Below, in pieces: positions 59,101-64,000 of a DNA stretch of 64,000 bases (within the stretch, counting starts at the first letter, position 1; each line of letters begins with the position of its first letter). The notes below the pieces were generated by a model. The model was given only the letters and a program-made list of their open reading frames with translations. It searched no databases and had not been told where the DNA came from. The position numbers were made by a program, and so were the translations under genes. The stretch is taken from contig OZ244720.1 of assembly GCA_965219085.1 (NCBI GenBank), positions 576,001 to 640,000 of the forward strand. Reading direction: 5' to 3'. The DNA is from Dehalococcoidia bacterium. Lineage in GTDB: Bacteria > Chloroflexota > Dehalococcoidia > UBA2979.

Positions 59101-62100
59101 GTCGGCGAGCTCGCGGTCGAGTGGAGCGCCCCCGCCGACATCGGCGGTTCGGCCGTCACCGGCTACGACCTGCGCTACATCGAGAGCGACGCCGCCGACA
59201 GGGCCGCCACCAACTGGACGCTCGTCGAGGGTGCGTGGACCTCCGGCGCACTGGAATACACCCTCGGCAGCCTGGACCCCACCGTCAGGTACGACGTGCA
59301 GGTCCGGGCGGCGAACGATGCCGGCCCCGGCCCCTGGTCCGACGCCGTCGCGGGGACGACCCTCGCCCTCGCGCTCCCGTCCGTTGCCTCGGTCACCCCG
59401 GACGACCGATCGCTCACGGTCGCCTGGACCGCTCCCGCCCAGAGCGGCGGCGAGCCCATCGCCGCCTACGACCTGCGCTACATCGAGACCAGCGAGGACG
59501 AAGCGGTCGACGCCGACTGGACCGTTGTGGACAGCGCGTGGACCGGCGGCGCGCTGGCATACACCATCAGCGCACTGGACAACGGCACCCGGTACGACGT
59601 GCAGGTGCGCGCGGTCACCACCAGCAACGGCGACTGGTCCGCCAGCCTGACCGGCACGCCGCGCACGGTCCCCGCAGCCCCCGCCATCGACGACGTGACA
59701 TGGGGCGACCAGGAACTCACCGTCGTCTGGACGGCGCCCTCGAGCGACGGCGGCGCGGCCATCACCACGTACGACGTGCGCTACATCGAGACCAGCGAGG
59801 ACGAAGCGGTCGGCGCTAACTGGACGGTCCTGGACGGCGTGTGGGCGGCCGGCGCCCTGCACCACGTCCTCACGGGACTGGAGAACGGCACGCAGTACGA
59901 CCTGCAGGTGCGGGCGGTCAACGCCGCCGGCGAGGGTCCCTGGTCCGCTACCACCGCTCGCAGGCCCAGGACCGTGCCGGGCGCCCCGACGATCGACTCG
60001 GTGACCGGCGGCCAGCGGTCGCTCAGCGTCGAGTGGAGCGCGCCGGCGAGCGACGGCGGTGCGGACGTCTCGTCCTATCACCTGCGCTATCGGCCCACCA
60101 ACACTGAGGGCAAGCCCAGCATCGTCCAGTGGACCCTTCTGGCCGATATCTGGACCTCCGGGGCGCTCGAATACACCATCAGCGGTCTAGAGCACGCGAC
60201 GCAGTACGACGTGCGGATGCGCGCGGTGAACCTCGTCGACGAGGGCGAGATCTCGGAACTTGCCCAGGGATCCACCCTCAGCCTGGCCCCGACGGTCGCC
60301 TCGGTGACCCCGGACGACGGATCCCTCACCGTCGCCTGGACCGCGCCGACGAGCGTCGCCAGCACGGAGATCACCGCCTACGACGTGCGCTGGATCCGCA
60401 GCGACGCGCCCGGCAAGCCCGCCGACCACTGGGACCTTCAGTTGCTCGCGTGGGAGACCAGCGGTGCGCTGCAATACACGATCAGCGGGCTGGCCAACGG
60501 CGTTGCCTACGACGTGGGGGTGCGACCAGTCACCTCGGCCGGCGAGGGCGACTGGTCGCTGAGCTGGTCCGGGACGCCCCGGACGCTCCCCGCGGCCCCC
60601 GCCATCGACTCCGTGACGCCGGACGCCGGGTCGCTCACGATCGTCTGGGCCGCGCCTGCAAGCGACGGCGGGGCGGCCATCACGTCGTACGCCGTGCGCT
60701 CCATCCGCAGCGACGCCGCGAGCAAGGCCGACGGCAACTGGACGGTGCAGGACGACGCCTGGACCAGCGGCGCGCTGCAGTACACCCTCTCCGGCCTGGA
60801 TAGCGGCGTCGCCTACGACGTGCAGGTGCGCGCGGTCAACGCCGCCGGCGACGGTCCCTGGTCGGCCACGCAAGCCGGGGAGACCGCGACCGACGACGAC
60901 GCCAGCCTCAGCGCCCTGACCCTGAGCGAGGGCAGGCTCAGCCCGGCGTTCGCCGGCGGCACGACGTCGTACACGGCATCGGTCGGGTACACGGTCACGC
61001 CGCTCACCGTCACCGCCACCGCGAACGACGCCAGCGCCGCGGTCGCGTTCCTCGACGGCAGCGACGATCCGCTCCCCGACGCCGACGGCAACGCGGCCGG
61101 CCATCAGGTCGACCTGTCGGTGGGCGACAACGCGATCAACCTGCAGGTCACGGCGCGGGACGGCACGACGACGCTGACCTACAGCCTCACCGTTACGCGC
61201 GCGGAGGAAGACACGTCGCTGACGCCGCCGGCGAGCGACCCCGTCGTCGCGGTGGCGTCGTCGGCCGTCTACACCATCACCTTCACGGGCACTTGGACCA
61301 CCGCCGTCACGCCCGACGGCCGACCCGGCAGCGCCCACTTCTCGCCCCTCATCGGCGCGGTGCACAGCGCTGAGGTGTCCTTCCTCAAGAGCGGGGAGCT
61401 GGCAAGCGCCGGAGTCGAGTCGATGGCGGAGACCGGTGGCACGTCAGACCTCCGGAGCGAGGTCGACACCGCGATCAACGCCAGTCCGCCGACGGCTCTC
61501 AGCGTCCTCCGCCGGTCCGGCAACATCGGCGCGACGGGCACGGGGACGTTGAACAACGTCAAACTGACGAGCGAGCACCCGCGGGTCACGCTGACGACGA
61601 TGATCGCGCCGAGCCCGGACTGGTTCGTGGGCATCTCGGGGCGGCTCCTGCTCGACGCCGCCGGAGAGTGGCTGCCGTCGCACACGCTGAACCTCTATCC
61701 GTGGGACGCCGGCACCGAGGACGGAACCGGGTTCTCGCTGTCGAACTCCGCGACCTCGCCGCAGGGCGTGATCACGAGCATCCGCGGGACGGGCAAGTTC
61801 ACGATCGCACCGATCGCGACGCTGACGTTCACGCGCCAGTCGGTCTCCCCGTCCTTCCCCGCCGCCGAGAGCGGCGCCCGCGGCATCCCCGAGAACACGG
61901 CCGCCGGAGAGAACATCGGCGCGCCGGTCGCGGCCACGGACCCCGACGGCCACACGCTCACCTACGCGCTGGGCGGGACCGACGCGGACTCCTTCGGCAT
62001 CGTCGCCACGTCGGGCCAGCTGCGGACGAAGGCCGCTCTCGACCACGAGGCCAAGTCCAGCTACTCGGTGACGGTCACGGCCACGGATACCACCGGCCTC

Positions 62101-64000
62101 AAGGCCGCGGTCGACGTGACCATCACCGTCAGCAACGTGAACGAGCCGGGGAGCGTGTCGCTGTGGCCCCTGCAGCCCGAGGCCGGCACAGCGCTCACGG
62201 CCACGCTGGACGACTCGGACGGCGGCGTGCAGTCGCTGACCTGGGCGTGGCACAAGTCCTCGGACCGCAGCACGTGGACCAGCCTCTCCGGCAGCGGAGA
62301 CAGCTACACGCCGGTGGACGGCGACGTCGGGGCGTACATCCGGGCCAGGGCCTCCTACACCGACGCCGGCGGCTCGGGCCGGACCGCCGAGGCCGTGTCG
62401 GATCAGACGGTCGTGCGCGCGCCGGAGATCACCGTCGTCGAACTCGTGACCGGCCTCAGCATCCCCTGGGACCTCGCCTTCACGCCCGACGGGACGATGC
62501 TCTTCACCCAGCGGTCAGGCGTGCTGAGCAGCCGTCTCGGCGACGGCACGGTGCAGACCGTCAGCGCCGACTTCGGCGACCTCTACGCCTTCGGCGAGAC
62601 CGGGCTGATGGGCATCGTCGTTGATCCCGCGTTCGCCTCGAACCGGCGCTTCTACACCTGCCAGGGCCACACCGGTCCCGAGATCCAGGTGATCGCCTGG
62701 ACCATCGACGCGGACTACACGACGGCCACGCGGGTCGCCGATCCGCTGGTCGGAGACCTGCCCGCCGCCTTCGGCGGCCGCCACGGCGGCTGCCGGCTGC
62801 GCTTCGGCCCGCAGGGCTACCTCTGGATCGCGACCGGCGACGCCGCGACGGGCACCGTCCCGCAGGACCTGGGCTCGCTCGGCGGCAAGGTGCTGCGCGT
62901 CAACGCCGCGACGGGCGCCGCGGCGCCGGGCAACCCGTTCAACTCGCGGGTCTACAGCTACGGACACCGCAACGTGCAGGGCCTGGCGCTCCGTCCGGGC
63001 ACGAGCCAGATGTGGTCGGTCGAGCACGGCCCGTTCGTCGACGACGAGATCAATCTGCTGGTCTCCGGCGGCAACTACGGCTGGAACCCCGTGCCCGGCT
63101 ACAACGAGAGCGTGCCCATGACCGACCTCGAGGAGTTCCCCGGCGCGGTCGAGGCCGTGTGGTCGTCGGGCGCCCCGACGCTGGCCACCAGCGGCGGCAT
63201 CTTCCTCGAGGGCGACGACTGGGGCGCGTGGGAGGGGCGGCTGGCGGTCGCCACGCTGGCGGCCGCCGAGCTGCATGTCTTCAAGTTCAGCGCCGACGGC
63301 GCGCTCATGAGCCAGGTCGTCGTCGCCGAGCTCGATGGTACCTACGCCCGGCTGCGGACGCCCATGCTCGGTCCCAACGGCGCCCTCTACGTCACCACCT
63401 CGAACACAAGCTCGGACCGCATCCTGCTGGTCGCCCCCAGCCTGCCGCCGGCGTTCCCGGCCGCGACGGACACGCAGGAGGTGGCCGAGAACAGCCCCAC
63501 CTCGACGGTCGTCGCCACGGTCACGGCCACGGACCCGGAAGGCCAGGCCCTCACGTACACGCTGGGCGGGACCGACGCGGCGCTCTTCAACATCGCGGAC
63601 CCCGCCGGCGGCCAGGTGCGGGCCAATACGCCGCTCGACTACGAGGCCCAGAGTTCGTACCAGGTCGTCGTCACGGCCTCGGACCCCTACGGCCTGAGCG
63701 ACAGCATCACGCTGACCATCAACGTCAGCAACGTCGTCGAACTGACGACGCTCACGGGTCCGGCGAGCGTCAGCTACGCGGAGAACGGGGCGCTCCGCGT
63801 GGCCACCTATACCGCCTCGTCCCCGGAGCACAGTGAGAGCATTGCTTGGTCGCTGTCGGGCGTCGACGCCGCGCACTTCAGCGTCGACAACCCCGCCGGC
63901 GTGCTCAGATTCCACATCGACCCGACCGCCCCCAACCTCTTCCCGCAACCGCCCGACTTCGAGGACCCGGCCGACGCCGGGAGCGACAATGCCTACCAGG
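56131..64000 (+). CDS. Giant secreted kexin-like S8 serine protease 3 (FN3, PPC, S8, P-domain, FN3 array, Spondin_N, cadherins, PQQ sugar dehydrogenase domain); runs off the window
   Basis: Manual translation from TTG 56131 is open to 64000. Signal peptide xRPLALVTACVLLGVAAATGLARA; triad VVDDG, HGTSTAG, GGTSAATP; Spondin_N APSPDWFVG; GSDH-like IPWDLAFTPDG, HGGCRLRFGP, YSYGHRNVQG. Confidence 0.9.
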   Translation, partial: MRPLALVTACVLLGVAAATGLARAQAPPPVAAPTIDSVTPGERSLIVDWTAPAGVDAADILAYDVRSIESDAANKAASFWTVLEDAWIPGAGDLSWIIFPLTNDTQYDVQVRAFTEDGEGDWSDTVTGTPVANSGDRTGATPLPLNSTAIAVLTEDDQDFFKIEVTGDDTVDLWIYTISDLDTVGELQDSAGNMIARNDDGQRPDSPQDFVIREQVGAGTYYVTVHGYRPTVVGAYAVVLRTAPSVGGTIDRATTITLGDDVPGRIDWSTNNDFFRIDLTSAADLWIASSGYTDVVGELWDADRVLIARNDDSYLYRSGLNFAIWHEVKAGTYYIKVNGYASYVANTGAYTLHTGTILPPGDSIGSAQPISGVLIPGRVRTATDAHYYSLFVGSDTQVYIEADVGPNPMFSPEQPVSLAAQILDVHGNELDIYQIPHSAYIEDGRSFISFSINGKLPVGTHYLKIWSPSGGTGPYMLLVFGSTGYNRFINGCTDASASLDVPGVNDALYGCQWHLHNGGQYEGGAGEDINVEAVWTTNMGAGVNVAVVDDGIHFEHEDLTENAAPSRNRNYSTRADIFDPFEHHGTSTAGLIAARDNSIGMRGVAPRATIYGYNLFADFTDANTVDAAFRMAQGGEAGDETTDVSSNSWGPTPTAGPRSTSASWEMAVQNGVTSGANGKGIFYAFAAGNGHYVTHHANLNGRANYYAVTAVCAVNYDDVRSGYSEMGANLWVCAPSNDDNLPEIATTYGGHLYTDEFGGTSAATPIVSGVAALLRTANSSLTWRDLKLILAASARKNDADNTGWAQGALEYGSDSEHYFFNHEYGFGVVDAGAAVALAADWTNVPALREISAESAGTDLHIPDAPSDTIPGTTVSSSLTIGNHVGFVEFVEIHTTFDHESFRELEVELESPSGARSTLTWVFDRIYHRPVEETIRFGSARHLGENAAGTWTLHITDHLDTRTGTLEGWSLTVYGHGLSPGRPGISALTPAVGELAVEWSAPADIGGSAVTGYDLRYIESDAADRAATNWTLVEGAWTSGALEYTLGSLDPTVRYDVQVRAANDAGPGPWSDAVAGTTLALALPSVASVTPDDRSLTVAWTAPAQSGGEPIAAYDLRYIETSEDEAVDADWTVVDSAWTGGALAYTISALDNGTRYDVQVRAVTTSNGDWSASLTGTPRTVPAAPAIDDVTWGDQELTVVWTAPSSDGGAAITTYDVRYIETSEDEAVGANWTVLDGVWAAGALHHVLTGLENGTQYDLQVRAVNAAGEGPWSATTARRPRTVPGAPTIDSVTGGQRSLSVEWSAPASDGGADVSSYHLRYRPTNTEGKPSIVQWTLLADIWTSGALEYTISGLEHATQYDVRMRAVNLVDEGEISELAQGSTLSLAPTVASVTPDDGSLTVAWTAPTSVASTEITAYDVRWIRSDAPGKPADHWDLQLLAWETSGALQYTISGLANGVAYDVGVRPVTSAGEGDWSLSWSGTPRTLPAAPAIDSVTPDAGSLTIVWAAPASDGGAAITSYAVRSIRSDAASKADGNWTVQDDAWTSGALQYTLSGLDSGVAYDVQVRAVNAAGDGPWSATQAGETATDDDASLSALTLSEGRLSPAFAGGTTSYTASVGYTVTPLTVTATANDASAAVAFLDGSDDPLPDADGNAAGHQVDLSVGDNAINLQVTARDGTTTLTYSLTVTRAEEDTSLTPPASDPVVAVASSAVYTITFTGTWTTAVTPDGRPGSAHFSPLIGAVHSAEVSFLKSGELASAGVESMAETGGTSDLRSEVDTAINASPPTALSVLRRSGNIGATGTGTLNNVKLTSEHPRVTLTTMIAPSPDWFVGISGRLLLDAAGEWLPSHTLNLYPWDAGTEDGTGFSLSNSATSPQGVITSIRGTGKFTIAPIATLTFTRQSVSPSFPAAESGARGIPENTAAGENIGAPVAATDPDGHTLTYALGGTDADSFGIVATSGQLRTKAALDHEAKSSYSVTVTATDTTGLKAAVDVTITVSNVNEPGSVSLWPLQPEAGTALTATLDDSDGGVQSLTWAWHKSSDRSTWTSLSGSGDSYTPVDGDVGAYIRARASYTDAGGSGRTAEAVSDQTVVRAPEITVVELVTGLSIPWDLAFTPDGTMLFTQRSGVLSSRLGDGTVQTVSADFGDLYAFGETGLMGIVVDPAFASNRRFYTCQGHTGPEIQVIAWTIDADYTTATRVADPLVGDLPAAFGGRHGGCRLRFGPQGYLWIATGDAATGTVPQDLGSLGGKVLRVNAATGAAAPGNPFNSRVYSYGHRNVQGLALRPGTSQMWSVEHGPFVDDEINLLVSGGNYGWNPVPGYNESVPMTDLEEFPGAVEAVWSSGAPTLATSGGIFLEGDDWGAWEGRLAVATLAAAELHVFKFSADGALMSQVVVAELDGTYARLRTPMLGPNGALYVTTSNTSSDRILLVAPSLPPAFPAATDTQEVAENSPTSTVVATVTATDPEGQALTYTLGGTDAALFNIADPAGGQVRANTPLDYEAQSSYQVVVTASDPYGLSDSITLTINVSNVVELTTLTGPASVSYAENGALRVATYTASSPEHSESIAWSLSGVDAAHFSVDNPAGVLRFHIDPTAPNLFPQPPDFEDPADAGSDNAYQ

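Noticed and set aside
16393-63948. Long minus-strand ORFs (e.g. 16393..18588, 26010..28301, 38734..41697, 56848..60081, 62515..63948) and Arg-rich alternate-frame ORFs
   Set aside because: High-GC shadows of the giant plus-strand genes.
1-64000. tRNA, rRNA, integrase or att sites bounding the island
   Set aside because: None was recognised by eye.

Overview
High-GC bacterial accessory region. Domain content suggests a host-associated organism, possibly a sponge-type Chloroflexota; this is inference only. Bases 1-9.5 kb are the decaying edge of a defence-type island: an SNF2 helicase (partial), a tandem TIR/NDT-like + P-loop ATPase gene, an HsdM-like remnant, an intact IS481, and a truncated ispH fused to a foreign gene tail. 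Bases 9.5-64 kb hold an array of very large secreted modular proteins. Three are kexin-like S8 proteases with P-domains and FN3/PPC/cadherin modules; two of these also carry Spondin_N and one a PQQ-sugar-dehydrogenase domain. The array also includes a ~4,100-aa LRR/PKD/aryl-sulfotransferase protein and a frameshifted lipoprotein with 21 RCC1/BLIP-II-like repeats. Each protease start overlaps the stop of an upstream ORF that ends in the same propeptide/chaperone-like module. The three complete giant proteins end in a shared beta-propeller plus Cys-containing C-terminal cassette. Five transcription units start with the same promoter: four (T/G)TCAC-like boxes spaced 11/21-22/11 bp, abutting CTGACA-N17-RAGAAT. 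A sixth, degenerate copy lies next to a hybrid GAF-PAS-HK-REC-OmpR regulator gene. A nested IS stack (IS630 interrupted by IS256, a MITE, IS1182) sits in one CTAG site and separates one promoter from its gene. No rRNA, tRNA or CRISPR array was seen.
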